Below, in pieces: positions 40,829 to 50,309 of a DNA stretch of 64,000 nt. Position 1 is the first letter of the stretch. Each line of letters opens with the position of its first letter. The notes under the pieces were generated by a model. The model saw only the letters and a program-made list of their open reading frames with translations, made no database searches and had not been told where the DNA came from. Position numbers and translations under genes: made by a program. The stretch comes from an uncultured archaeon (lineage in GTDB: Archaea > Asgardarchaeota > Hermodarchaeia > Hermodarchaeales > Hermodarchaeaceae), in contig CAYFXC010000010.1 of the NCBI GenBank assembly GCA_964347045.1, positions 17,312-81,311 of the forward strand, given 5' to 3'.

Positions 40829-42280
40829 TCAGGCTTTTCCTCCAAATGTTATTGGTCCACTACCAAATCGAATAAGAGGTCCACCTTCACTTATGAGAGC
40901 TTCTTGACCTTTGCCACATCGGCCTACACCATAACCAAAGGTTTCTTTTCCTACACCTTCAATTTTGAGTAACGCTTCGGTGGCAATTCCGGAAATGGAC
41001 ATGTTGCTTACTGAGTTGCCTAACTCGCCATTGACAATTTCAAAAGCCTCTTGAATTCCAACTTGGAAACTGGAATTCATTTGCGCTGAACCTCCAGCAA
41101 ATGAAAGACAATAATAACCGAAATCAATGCCCTCAAAGAGCTCTTCATCTAACATATCGCCGCGATCAAAGAATGTATTTCGCATGCGAATCTGCGGCAC
41201 AAAACGATAGTCTTCGGCTCTAGAGTTGCCAGATAGTGGTAATCCTGTTTTTTGGGCATATTCCCGATCTGTTAATAATGCGTTAAAAACCCCATCTTTT
41301 ATGAGATATACTCGACTTGTTGGAACTCCTTCATCGTCATATTTGGTAGTACCTAGTCCGTCCTTAATGGTTCCATCATCAACCATTGATACAACCTTAG
41401 GGGCAACATCTTGATTCATTTTATCTGCAAAAGAGGATTGCAATGTGAGATCGGCTTCCGCAAGATGTCCAAGGGCTTCATGAGCTAATATTCCTACCAC
41501 ATTTGGACCGATTACACAAGGAAAACTACCAGGTTTTGGAGTAGACCCTTTTAGTTGTTTCTTAACCCGTTCAACTATTCTTTCAGCAACCACTTCAGGC
41601 GTCTGGTTCAATTCATAGAATTCCCAACCATGTGAAGTAGAACCACATTCATCTCGTGCACCTGTGATTTTTCCATTTTCTTTACCTGTTAATCTTACAG
41701 ATTGATAAACATGCCCAAATCCCATCTCGAGTTGTGTGCCTTCATTTGTAACCAGGTATTTTGTACCAATACTATCACGTTGACGAATCGTAATGGCTTT
41801 GATTCGAGAATCTAAGCGTTGTGTTTCTTCCCATAGTTTTGCGGCATATGCGATTTTTTCTTTAGGATCCACATCAGCAGGATTTTGTCCAACCTCGAAA
41901 GGAACGGTTTCTTTTACTGGTTTGATTTTTGCTAGTTCAATGGGGTCTTTCCGGGCTTTTCCTGCTCTGTTAGCAAGAGAATACGCATCTTTCACTGATG
42001 ACCGTAAACCATCGATAGTGAGGTCGTTTGAGGATACAAAACCCCAAGTTCCACCAGCTAAAACACGAATAGCAACACCTTCTTCAGTGCGTTGGCTAAT
42101 GCTTCGTACACGACCATCCTCAAATTGCGTATTACTAAAAATAAGGGATTCCATGCGCAATTCAACATATGTTGCACCGAGTTTTTCTCCATAATCTGCA
42201 GCTTTTTGAAGCCTATCTATCAAGTGAATCACATCAAATCGCAAGAAGAATTTCACTTTGTCGGAGCGGATAGGATACAC
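40829..42280 (-). CDS. tldD: TldD metalloprotease
   Basis: HEALGHLAEAD, DDEG, RMRNT, CGKGQ; true start probably near 42223-42232. Confidence 0.92.
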   Translation of the reverse strand: MYPIRSDKVKFFLRFDVIHLIDRLQKAADYGEKLGATYVELRMESLIFSNTQFEDGRVRSISQRTEEGVAIRVLAGGTWGFVSSNDLTIDGLRSSVKDAYSLANRAGKARKDPIELAKIKPVKETVPFEVGQNPADVDPKEKIAYAAKLWEETQRLDSRIKAITIRQRDSIGTKYLVTNEGTQLEMGFGHVYQSVRLTGKENGKITGARDECGSTSHGWEFYELNQTPEVVAERIVERVKKQLKGSTPKPGSFPCVIGPNVVGILAHEALGHLAEADLTLQSSFADKMNQDVAPKVVSMVDDGTIKDGLGTTKYDDEGVPTSRVYLIKDGVFNALLTDREYAQKTGLPLSGNSRAEDYRFVPQIRMRNTFFDRGDMLDEELFEGIDFGYYCLSFAGGSAQMNSSFQVGIQEAFEIVNGELGNSVSNMSISGIATEALLKIEGVGKETFGYGVGRCGKGQEALISEGGPLIRFGSGPITFGGKA

Positions 42281-42328
42281 ATCAGCTTATAAGGCAATTG
42301 GAATGAACAACTAGATGAGGAATAGTCG

Positions 42329-42796
42329 GTGGTAAAGGAAACTACATTCATTGTTGATGCTATGTTTGGATCTTTAGCTCGTTGGTTAAGGTTGCTAGGG
42401 TTTGATACGTTGTATTGCCCAACTCAATCCGATGATGAAATCCTCGATGAAATTAATTCAAGAATCCTAGTTACAAGGGATGGAGAACTGATTGATCGAG
42501 CTCGAAAACAAGGATTCCAAGTAGTAAACCCCGGTATTGGAGCCATAAGGGATATGCTGCAACGAATCAAACAGGAATTGAAAATTAATTTTGTTGTAGA
42601 TCCTACGCAGAGTCGATGTGCTCAATGTAATTCTCTGCTTCTTGAAAGAACACGAAGCCAAGTTCAAAACTTTGTGCCAAGTGGATCTCTTCGAAATCAT
42701 GATACATTTTGGCAATGTACAAATCCTAGTTGCAAGCAGGTGTATTGGCAAGGTCGCCATTGGACCCGAATTAAAAAAACAGTAAAACAAATCTAG
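42329..42796 (+). CDS. Mut7-C RNase (PIN plus zinc ribbon) protein
   Basis: DAMFGSLARWLRLLGFDT, VTRD, RCAQCN, C...CKQVYWQGRH. Confidence 0.92.
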   Translation: MVKETTFIVDAMFGSLARWLRLLGFDTLYCPTQSDDEILDEINSRILVTRDGELIDRARKQGFQVVNPGIGAIRDMLQRIKQELKINFVVDPTQSRCAQCNSLLLERTRSQVQNFVPSGSLRNHDTFWQCTNPSCKQVYWQGRHWTRIKKTVKQI

Positions 42797-42824
42797 CTTC
42801 ATAATTTGAAAAGGCAAGTTCATT

Positions 42825-43352
42825 TTACTCAGGATAAAATTGGGGGAGAAGAAAACGGGGAAGCGCACAAATAACTGCATCACGAAGAACTTGAGTCCTG
42901 AGTAGCCGATTTTGTGTGAGAACTCCGATAATTCCTTCATTCTGAAAGAGGTTATTACTTCTCATTAACTTATCAACGATCTTCTTACTTAAATCGGAGC
43001 TCGGATTTATTTGATCAACGATTGAATGAGATATTTCAACAGCAACTGATCGTGCGACACACATTTTGTTACCTTTTAAAACCGCAACAATAGCTTGAAT
43101 GTAAAACGCGTTGTTAAATTTAAAAAGACCTCCTTCGATTCCCACACTGAAATCTGCCAAAGGTACTTTTTTATAAGCTTGTTTTGCGCGGTTAATTGCT
43201 CCCTGCAGAGTTTCTGCTTCTGTCATGGGAAATGGCTGAATTCCAGAATCCACGTTTATTGAAGAAATCGTTATTTTGTCGAAGTATAAACTGAAAGCTT
43301 GTCTGACTGCGGCGTGTTTAACAGGGTTTTTAGAACCAACTACGATTTGCAT
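42825..43352 (-). CDS. yjjX: Non-canonical purine NTP phosphatase (YjjX/DUF84)
   Basis: GSKNPVK, SG, ETLQGAINRA, VGIEGG, GIIGVLT. Confidence 0.88.
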   Translation of the reverse strand: MQIVVGSKNPVKHAAVRQAFSLYFDKITISSINVDSGIQPFPMTEAETLQGAINRAKQAYKKVPLADFSVGIEGGLFKFNNAFYIQAIVAVLKGNKMCVARSVAVEISHSIVDQINPSSDLSKKIVDKLMRSNNLFQNEGIIGVLTQNRLLRTQVLRDAVICALPRFLLPQFYPE

Positions 43353-43408
43353 AATGTTTTCGTTATGGGAACTCCCTTTAAAAGCTAGGTTGCTTGTAGT
43401 TATCGGTA

Positions 43409-43921
43409 TTAATCGGATTTTCGTAACCGAGCTTCACGTAATTGCTGATGAAGAAGTGAGCCCCGAGCTTTCAGGAGACGCATGATCTTTCGAATTGCAT
43501 TTGATTTCAATTGGTAACTATAGATGTGTAGAGCTCCGAGGAATATCACGATTCCTCCGAGTATAAGTACAACTAGACCTAAGGGTGCGCTGAGCAATGC
43601 AATAGTCCCTCCTTGAGTTATCAGAAGAACTACAATTCCAAGGAGAAAGAAACTAGCTGTATAAAACGCGATTATTGAAGCGATGAGTAACATCGGCCAG
43701 TAGGCAGTTCCTTCAAGTCGGGTTCCTTCTTTTTCTGCATAAAGGCGAAATCGAAGATGTTTCGCCATGGTCCAAGGAGACACACCTAACCAAGATCCTT
43801 GACGAACTTCAATAGCCTCTGGAGGAATCGTTTGTAAGATTTGACACTTGAAATCTAAAAGAATTCGTCGTAACTCGGTGTAGGCATTGTCCTGTGAAAG
43901 CTCCGTATACCCCTCAATCAT
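43409..43921 (-). CDS. Membrane protein (soluble N-domain plus 2 TM)
   Basis: Clean ORF with two hydrophobic helices. Confidence 0.75.
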   Translation of the reverse strand: MIEGYTELSQDNAYTELRRILLDFKCQILQTIPPEAIEVRQGSWLGVSPWTMAKHLRFRLYAEKEGTRLEGTAYWPMLLIASIIAFYTASFFLLGIVVLLITQGGTIALLSAPLGLVVLILGGIVIFLGALHIYSYQLKSNAIRKIMRLLKARGSLLHQQLREARLRKSD

Positions 43922-43977
43922 ATGATGCCTTGGCTCGATATGTTGTCTTTTACTTTTTCGTATGTGGTAGAGGGTTT

Positions 43978-44607
43978 TTAGTTCTTTGAGATGACTCCCA
44001 GAGGCATAAGCTCACGTTTAAAGACTTCATTGAGAAGTAGAGCAAAACCATAATAGATTCCGACAAATCCGCTAGCGATACCTTCCCATCCGGCAACCAC
44101 GTTAATAACTGTGATTGCTGTCCCTTCATTGTGCCATGTTTCCCAAGCAAACCAATGGCCTAAGGCGACAAGCCAGAAGAAAATGGCAAGAAGAAAGAAA
44201 AAGACCTGTAACACACGATTTGTTTTCATTGAAGCTAAAAAAAACCAGAAGCTGAAAAATCCCCACAGAAAGAAGAAGGGGACCTGTACTAACATAGCTA
44301 CGGCTGGTTCAGCAATAGAAGGCGCAAGGCCAAGAATTGGAAGAAAATAAATGAAAACGTATGAAAACCAAAAAGTTGCACCCAGAATTAACGTGGTTGC
44401 TCCAAAGGAGTTTCCAATTCTTAAGGACCACAAACCAGCAAGTAGTGGAGTAAAACCACCTGCAAATAATGCAGAGGCATAAATAACGCTTAACCCATTT
44501 ATATCTACGATCTCAGCAAAAAAGAGGGATAAAAGAATGAGGGCAAACCCAAATCCTATTGCTCCAAATGCTAGGGGATTAGCAATCCGTTCATCACTCA
44601 TACACAT
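43978..44607 (-). CDS. GPR1/FUN34/YaaH (SatP) acetate transporter
   Basis: ANPLAFGAIGFG (NPAPLGL-like), GNSFGATT, TFW, AGWEG. Confidence 0.88.
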   Translation of the reverse strand: MCMSDERIANPLAFGAIGFGFALILLSLFFAEIVDINGLSVIYASALFAGGFTPLLAGLWSLRIGNSFGATTLILGATFWFSYVFIYFLPILGLAPSIAEPAVAMLVQVPFFFLWGFFSFWFFLASMKTNRVLQVFFFLLAIFFWLVALGHWFAWETWHNEGTAITVINVVAGWEGIASGFVGIYYGFALLLNEVFKRELMPLGVISKN

Positions 44608-45001
44608 TCACCTAAAACCTAATTGTAAAGTTCTAAATCGGCGTTTTTCGTGTAGAATTATATAAGGCTTTACTGTGAACTTAAAACTGTTTAAAAAATA
44701 ATAACCAATACGCTTACTTCTGTTCACGCTTCAAACGTTTATTCAAACGCATTTTATTACCTGTTGTCGTTGATTGATGACGAGATAAGAAATTACAAAA
44801 ATCAGAGAGAAAGCTCTTCTTTGTTGAATATTTCTTCACTTCTTTTCTTTTAGAAATCATGACTCCCTCCCTTAAACTAACATTAAAAACCTAAAGATAA
44901 GTTTTTTCAAAGGTTTTTCAGATAGAAGCACAGAAAAATTGCCCAGGATGCCGATAGGGTCAATGTTTTAATTCGCGTTTTTTGTATACGCGATTGGGTA
45001 C

Positions 45002-46021
45002 TTGCAAGAATTACTAGTTGAAGGAAGGGCCTTGACTAAGCTGGATACAATACATAAACTGGCAATTCTAGGTGGACTAGGAGCAGTATTGAGCCCTTTC
45101 ATATCGCTCTTTGTTTCCGGAGGAAATATCAGAAATTACTGGATTTTTCAGATTTTAAATTTTTATAGCGTAGGTGTTGTAGTGTTCATCCTATTGCTCA
45201 TCGCGAGCATTTTAGCAAGTATAATGGCAGTCCGTGCAGCGAATTTTGTTTCCAAGATGCCCCAACGTGCAGCCTCTGATCTCAAAGCCTCTGGCATCCT
45301 TATCCTAATCGTTGGGATAATCTCATTGACCAATGTACTAGCGGTAATATCAGGAATTCTCATACTTGCGGTAGGTGTAGAATGTGATGCCATTTGGAAG
45401 AAGATTCAACACGCCCGAACTCAAACGGGTTGGCCCTACGTAACAGTTGCTACAGCAGCAGGAAGTACATGGGCTCGACGAACTTCCTGTGAATTCTGTG
45501 GAGCCCCTTTAGTAATTAAAAAGGCAACTGCCCGTGAACATCTCATCCTTATTGAAACCCAGTGTCCTCTTGATAACACATTCGATACTGTACAACTCCC
45601 CCTTTCTCGCTTAGATTCATGGACAGCCGTCGCGGCAGATCGACTTCATCGATGTGAAAAATGTGGAAACCGAACTGCGGCTCTTATTATGATCGGACAA
45701 TCTGGAGTAACGACCAGCTTACAGGCTTATTGCCCCAGAGGACATAGTAATCGAACTTACCGAAAAGTTTGGACACCTCTATACCCTCATATAGCCCAAA
45801 CGCCAAGTGTAAATCTTGGATTCCAAGGTAGACCAAAGCGGTACCAATTTCAATCAATATTTCAAGATCATTATCGAAGCACCTTTACACAACCTATACC
45901 CATATCTTCTAGAAAATCAGGTCTTACATACTCCGAATCGATTGGATTCTGCACTCAATGTGGAGTCAAAATCGAACTATCCGATACCTACTGCTTCAGA
46001 TGTGGGCATCAAATAAACTAA
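45002..46021 (+). CDS. Membrane protein with tandem CxxC...CP Zn repeats and a terminal zinc ribbon
   Basis: 3-4 TM; CEFC..CPLD, CEKC..CPRGH; CTQCG..YCFRCG. Confidence 0.8.
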   Translation: MQELLVEGRALTKLDTIHKLAILGGLGAVLSPFISLFVSGGNIRNYWIFQILNFYSVGVVVFILLLIASILASIMAVRAANFVSKMPQRAASDLKASGILILIVGIISLTNVLAVISGILILAVGVECDAIWKKIQHARTQTGWPYVTVATAAGSTWARRTSCEFCGAPLVIKKATAREHLILIETQCPLDNTFDTVQLPLSRLDSWTAVAADRLHRCEKCGNRTAALIMIGQSGVTTSLQAYCPRGHSNRTYRKVWTPLYPHIAQTPSVNLGFQGRPKRYQFQSIFQDHYRSTFTQPIPISSRKSGLTYSESIGFCTQCGVKIELSDTYCFRCGHQIN

Positions 46022-46557
46022 TGGTGAAAATCATGGTCCAAGCAGCAATCGAAGCAAACTTCACCTGCTCTTGTGGAACTCCATTCATTGTTATGACTTT
46101 GGATCCTGCTCCTAATGACAAAATCTCAGGATTATTAGTATGTCCCAGACATAAAGTGGGCCATCATATTACTCTAGACCATTCGGGCCTTGATCTCTGG
46201 GTTGGAGTTGTTGCAGACCACCTCTATCGTTGTGCATTATGTGGAAGAGAGTTACCACCAGCTACAGCTGTGAGTTCCTCGGAAGTAGCAACAACATTCA
46301 CACTCAACTGTCCCGTACACAGCACCCAAAATAACACCCGAACTGTTTGGAGTGTTATACACCGAAGACTTCTTTCCGAAATTCAACACCGTCGAGTACC
46401 ACCAGAACCACCCGAAACTCCAACCCAATCTGAAGAACCAAAAACGCGACCAGCCGTTGAATCTGCTGAACCCAAAGCTATTTACTGTCCTCAATGTGGT
46501 AAGAAAATCCGCCCGAATGATAATTTCTGTTTTCAATGCGGAAGTGCTATCGATTAG
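46021..46557 (+). CDS. Soluble paralog with tandem Zn repeats and a terminal zinc ribbon
   Basis: TAATG coupling; CSC..CPRH, CALC..CPVH; CPQCG..FCFQCG. Confidence 0.8.
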   Translation: MVKIMVQAAIEANFTCSCGTPFIVMTLDPAPNDKISGLLVCPRHKVGHHITLDHSGLDLWVGVVADHLYRCALCGRELPPATAVSSSEVATTFTLNCPVHSTQNNTRTVWSVIHRRLLSEIQHRRVPPEPPETPTQSEEPKTRPAVESAEPKAIYCPQCGKKIRPNDNFCFQCGSAID

Positions 46558-46596
46558 TTTGGGCAATTATACTACAGGAGCTCCTAATACTTTGGA

Positions 46597-48177
46597 TTAC
46601 GCGGAGTCAAAAAATGCTTTACCAAAGGAATGAAACAAAAGCTGTTTTATCATAGGAGCCGCTGGATTTCCTCTGGCATATAAAAAATAAACTAGGCTAC
46701 CAAAAAGGGGTACTAGAAGACTGCTGGAAAATGCCTTCCATGAATTCATCGTCAAGGGAGGTCTCCAGACATCAAGGTTTAACTTCCACGAACGAGTAAA
46801 CACTTCCCATTGTAAATCAGTCAATGCTTCGATTTCTGGTCGACTTCCTTCACTTAGAATAGATGGACGCAAAGGAACCCAAAGAAGTGGTGTTACAAAC
46901 AGTTTCATTCCTTTAATATCATCAAGAAGTTCTAGTGTAGCATTCACATCCTTTTCTTCTTCTCCAGGTAATCCAACGAGCCATGTAGTAAGGGGAAACC
47001 ATCGATTATCATTAAGTATACCGATGGATTGTTTCACAATGTCAGGCCATTCTTCAGGAGTAAAAGGTAAAGCTTTACCTGCCATCCGCTGTTTGAACAA
47101 GCGTACGCTCCCAGTTTCAACTCCAGCTTCAGCAGTAACATAAGGCTTACCTCCATGCTTGTACCGACCACGAGTTACAAGAAGTTCTGCAACCTCTTCC
47201 AAACACTTTGGATCTGTAACCACTGGAGCCAATGCAATGTGAGCTGGTTGAATGTATTTTAAGTCCGGAACTTCGACCAGTTTAGCAATTAAATCAACAA
47301 TCGCTTTACGATTGGGAATAAATCGTGATGATTTAAGACCATAGAGAAAAAGATCTTCAGTGGCGAGGATGGCCATCTCATTTCCCGCTTCAGTGTTTGC
47401 TACAACTTCCTTTAAGATATGATCAATAGGAAGGGAAAATCTTCGTCGCTGTGTCGGAGAGCAAAATTGGCATCCACGACCACACCCACGGGTAATTTCC
47501 ACCGTGCCGTGAAGGGAACCTCCACGAATGATAGGAATTTCTTCTGGTGATCGGAGAACTCCGCCAACGATAGTTGGTAGTAGATTTTCACCATTCACTG
47601 CTTGATGAAAAAGGTTCAAGACATTAGGACCAACCTCGCCAGTAACTACACTATCGATACCCAAGGTTTTCCGGGCAGCTGGTCCCGCAACCTGCCATGC
47701 TCCAGCACCCCCCACAATCACTTTCGCTTGTCCTCGATCATGAACTTTAGCGATTGTCGTCTTTCGAAGGAGGTGACGGAACTCTTTGCGGTTTCGTGGT
47801 TCACTTCCAAGTGCAAACATATTCGAATAAGTCAAACTAACATAGGCGATCCCGAGAGGATCCATGCTTGAAACGCCCACAACGCGGGTATCAGGTCCAA
47901 TAAATTGTTTCAGATTCTTTGGATGAACCACAGCAAGATCAGATTCATTAAAACCATTATCTAGAAGCAAGGCTTCAATCTTTCTTAACCCATAGGGAGC
48001 AATTCTAGCCCGACCATTTGGCAAATCAGACTCTTTGGGCATATAGAGGGGTTTGAGAAAACTAGGAATTAGAAGAAAAGATCCCGCGAAAGCTCCAAAT
48101 GGGTCATCACCAAAATGGCTCATTTCAATTTCTGAAGCAGTCAAAACGATTTTAATACCATTCTTTGGAGGAACCAT
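46597..48177 (-). CDS. Archaeal B12-binding-like radical SAM protein
   Basis: APYGLRKIEA, DPLG, IVGGAGAWQ, RGCGRGCQFC, GVETGS. Confidence 0.9.
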   Translation of the reverse strand: MVPPKNGIKIVLTASEIEMSHFGDDPFGAFAGSFLLIPSFLKPLYMPKESDLPNGRARIAPYGLRKIEALLLDNGFNESDLAVVHPKNLKQFIGPDTRVVGVSSMDPLGIAYVSLTYSNMFALGSEPRNRKEFRHLLRKTTIAKVHDRGQAKVIVGGAGAWQVAGPAARKTLGIDSVVTGEVGPNVLNLFHQAVNGENLLPTIVGGVLRSPEEIPIIRGGSLHGTVEITRGCGRGCQFCSPTQRRRFSLPIDHILKEVVANTEAGNEMAILATEDLFLYGLKSSRFIPNRKAIVDLIAKLVEVPDLKYIQPAHIALAPVVTDPKCLEEVAELLVTRGRYKHGGKPYVTAEAGVETGSVRLFKQRMAGKALPFTPEEWPDIVKQSIGILNDNRWFPLTTWLVGLPGEEEKDVNATLELLDDIKGMKLFVTPLLWVPLRPSILSEGSRPEIEALTDLQWEVFTRSWKLNLDVWRPPLTMNSWKAFSSSLLVPLFGSLVYFLYARGNPAAPMIKQLLFHSFGKAFFDSA

Positions 48178-48359
48178 GAGACGACCTCAGACGGGAATCG
48201 CAGCCCGTGAATGTGCTTTTTCAGCAAAAAAAGCTTCTGCATTTATTTAAGAAATATCACCCAAATCCTTCGTCTTACAAACTTCATTGGAAAAAAATTC
48301 CTTAAAAAGAAGGTTCTAAAATTCAATTGAGATAAACTTGTGGTTTTTTTCATAAATAA

Positions 48360-48823
48360 TTAAGATTTCTCAAAATGAGTTTTTAAGTTCATGAGTGTTT
48401 GGCGAGCATCCAATCGAATTTGTTCATCGGGTTGTTGTCGTGTTTTTCATCGATTCTCCGACCCAAAAAACTTCGGGGGGGCCATATGTAATCTCGCAAG
48501 TGAGATGTGTTCCACTTGCAGTGTGTTCAAAAAACCATTTCGCATCTTGAAAAGGTTGCCTCGACGATGATCGGACATGCAAGGATCTTCCAAGCTGAAT
48601 TTCAACGACTTCCAATTCCTGAGTGAAACGAAAATCTTTAACGCTGATTTCCATCGCAAATCGTGCTCCCACACCCCAGAGGGCTTCGGTGGTTGGATCA
48701 TAGCTTGTTACTGATGTGATGAATTTTGGGACGTTTCGATGATTGACAGCATATTAGAACAACTGTTCAAGAGGGGCAATGATTTCGATATTTTCGCTAA
48801 TTTCTGTCTTTTTTGTTTCCCAT
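48360..48823 (-). pseudogene. Degraded SRPBCC/START (polyketide cyclase-like) gene
   Basis: Stitched reading TEISENIEIIAPLEQLF*YAVNHRNVPKF...GVGARF...W.FE..ASGTHLT..ITY.PP / SFLGR / ..RQTLMNLKTHFEKS; one internal TAA and several frameshifts. Confidence 0.75.
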
Positions 48824-48854
48824 ATAGGTAGCGTAACTTCTGGGTTCTTAAGAT

Positions 48855-50189
48855 TTAGCGGTGTAAGTATTGTTCCCATTCCCAGTCTGTGACTGTTCCA
48901 TGAATGTATTTATACCATTCAGCTTTTCGGATTTGTTGGTAAAGATCAAAGAATTCAGAACCGATCACCTCAATAAGAACAGCATCCTTTTGAAGGGACT
49001 GAAGAGCGCCATCTAGAGTGTCCGGGAGCTGTTGGATTTTCAATTGACTTAGGTGTTTCCTTGATAGGTGATAGACATCCTCTATAACTGGCTCAGGAGC
49101 CTTGAGTTTTTTTTCTATGCCATCCATACCCGCGCCTAGTAGCACCGGAAATAGCAGGTAAGGGTTTGTTAGAGGATCGGGTGAGCGAAACTCAATAGCT
49201 GCTTTTTCTGCACTTGTAAAGAGAGGAATTCGAATTAGTGCAGATCGATTGAGATATCCCCAAGTAATGTATACTGGAGCTTCGAATCCAGGAACCAAGC
49301 GCTTGAAGGAATTTACTGTTGGATTGGCTAGAGCAGTGATTGCTGGAGCATGGTGCATAAGTCCTGCCACAAAATGATAGCCAGTCTCTGTGAGAGTCCC
49401 ATCAGATTTTCCAAGGAGATTCTGATTACCCTTCCATAGTTGAAGGTGCACATGCAAACCACTTCCTGCTTGGCTAGGAAAAGGTTTGGGCATAAAACTG
49501 ACCTCTACATCATAGAGTGCTGCACGTCGACGTAGGAGGAGTTTGAAGAGTGTGAAATTATCAGCAGCACGTCCCAATTCTGTGAACGCAAGTTCGATTT
49601 CCTGTTGGCTTTGTCCATGTTCGGAATGGACCCAGGCTATTTCGATTCCTATTGCCCGCAAATCGAGCGCGGTCTCCAAAAGGAGGTCCATGCTTTGATT
49701 TTCTGGAAAAATGTCTGCATAGCCAGCCGTGTCGAGAGGCACTCCATCCTCTGTGAGGAAATAGAATTCAGGTTCAAGTTTAACTCGCATCTGTAAACCT
49801 TTTGCTGCGAGTTGTTCTAAACTTCGCTTGAGAATAGTTCTTGGCGCATGTGGATGAGGAATAAGATGTCCATCTGCACCACGCTGAAAAACATCAGAAA
49901 TTACAATAGCGCGCCGTGGAACACTATTTGGCAATTCTTGGAGTGTGGAATTATCCGGAACAAGCTGGAGATCTGATGAAGTAATCGATGCGAGTCCTTT
50001 CACAGATGAACCATCGATACCACAACCGGGAACATGTGCTGACCCTTTTTTAAACGCGTTTACAGAATCAACCGGGTGGATAGGGACAGTCATTCCTTTC
50101 GGTACTCCGTCGATATCAACTGTAAGCAATTCAACAAAATGGAGTTTGCCTCGACCTTCAGGGGAATTCGTTTCTTCGGGCATACGCAT
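48855..50189 (-). CDS. glnA: Glutamine synthetase family protein (type I)
   Basis: IDGSS, EPEFY, HSEHGQSQQE, FMPKP, GSGLHVH, RLVPGFEAP, NRSALIR, EFRSPD. Confidence 0.9.
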   Translation of the reverse strand: MRMPEETNSPEGRGKLHFVELLTVDIDGVPKGMTVPIHPVDSVNAFKKGSAHVPGCGIDGSSVKGLASITSSDLQLVPDNSTLQELPNSVPRRAIVISDVFQRGADGHLIPHPHAPRTILKRSLEQLAAKGLQMRVKLEPEFYFLTEDGVPLDTAGYADIFPENQSMDLLLETALDLRAIGIEIAWVHSEHGQSQQEIELAFTELGRAADNFTLFKLLLRRRAALYDVEVSFMPKPFPSQAGSGLHVHLQLWKGNQNLLGKSDGTLTETGYHFVAGLMHHAPAITALANPTVNSFKRLVPGFEAPVYITWGYLNRSALIRIPLFTSAEKAAIEFRSPDPLTNPYLLFPVLLGAGMDGIEKKLKAPEPVIEDVYHLSRKHLSQLKIQQLPDTLDGALQSLQKDAVLIEVIGSEFFDLYQQIRKAEWYKYIHGTVTDWEWEQYLHR

Positions 50190-50309
50190 TACCTCAGTCG
50201 ACGTTTGAGAAGATAGAACTGGGATGTTGGCTTTTAAATCTCCATCGCAAGTTTATCTGTCGAACATTCCAGTGTAGATTAGGATAAGTTTATTGGGGAA
50301 AACTCTACT

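Noticed and set aside
44610-45000. Long intergenic region with a TTCAAACG repeat
   Set aside because: AT-rich divergent promoter region; the 8-nt repeat is within chance and I saw no stable structure or ORF.
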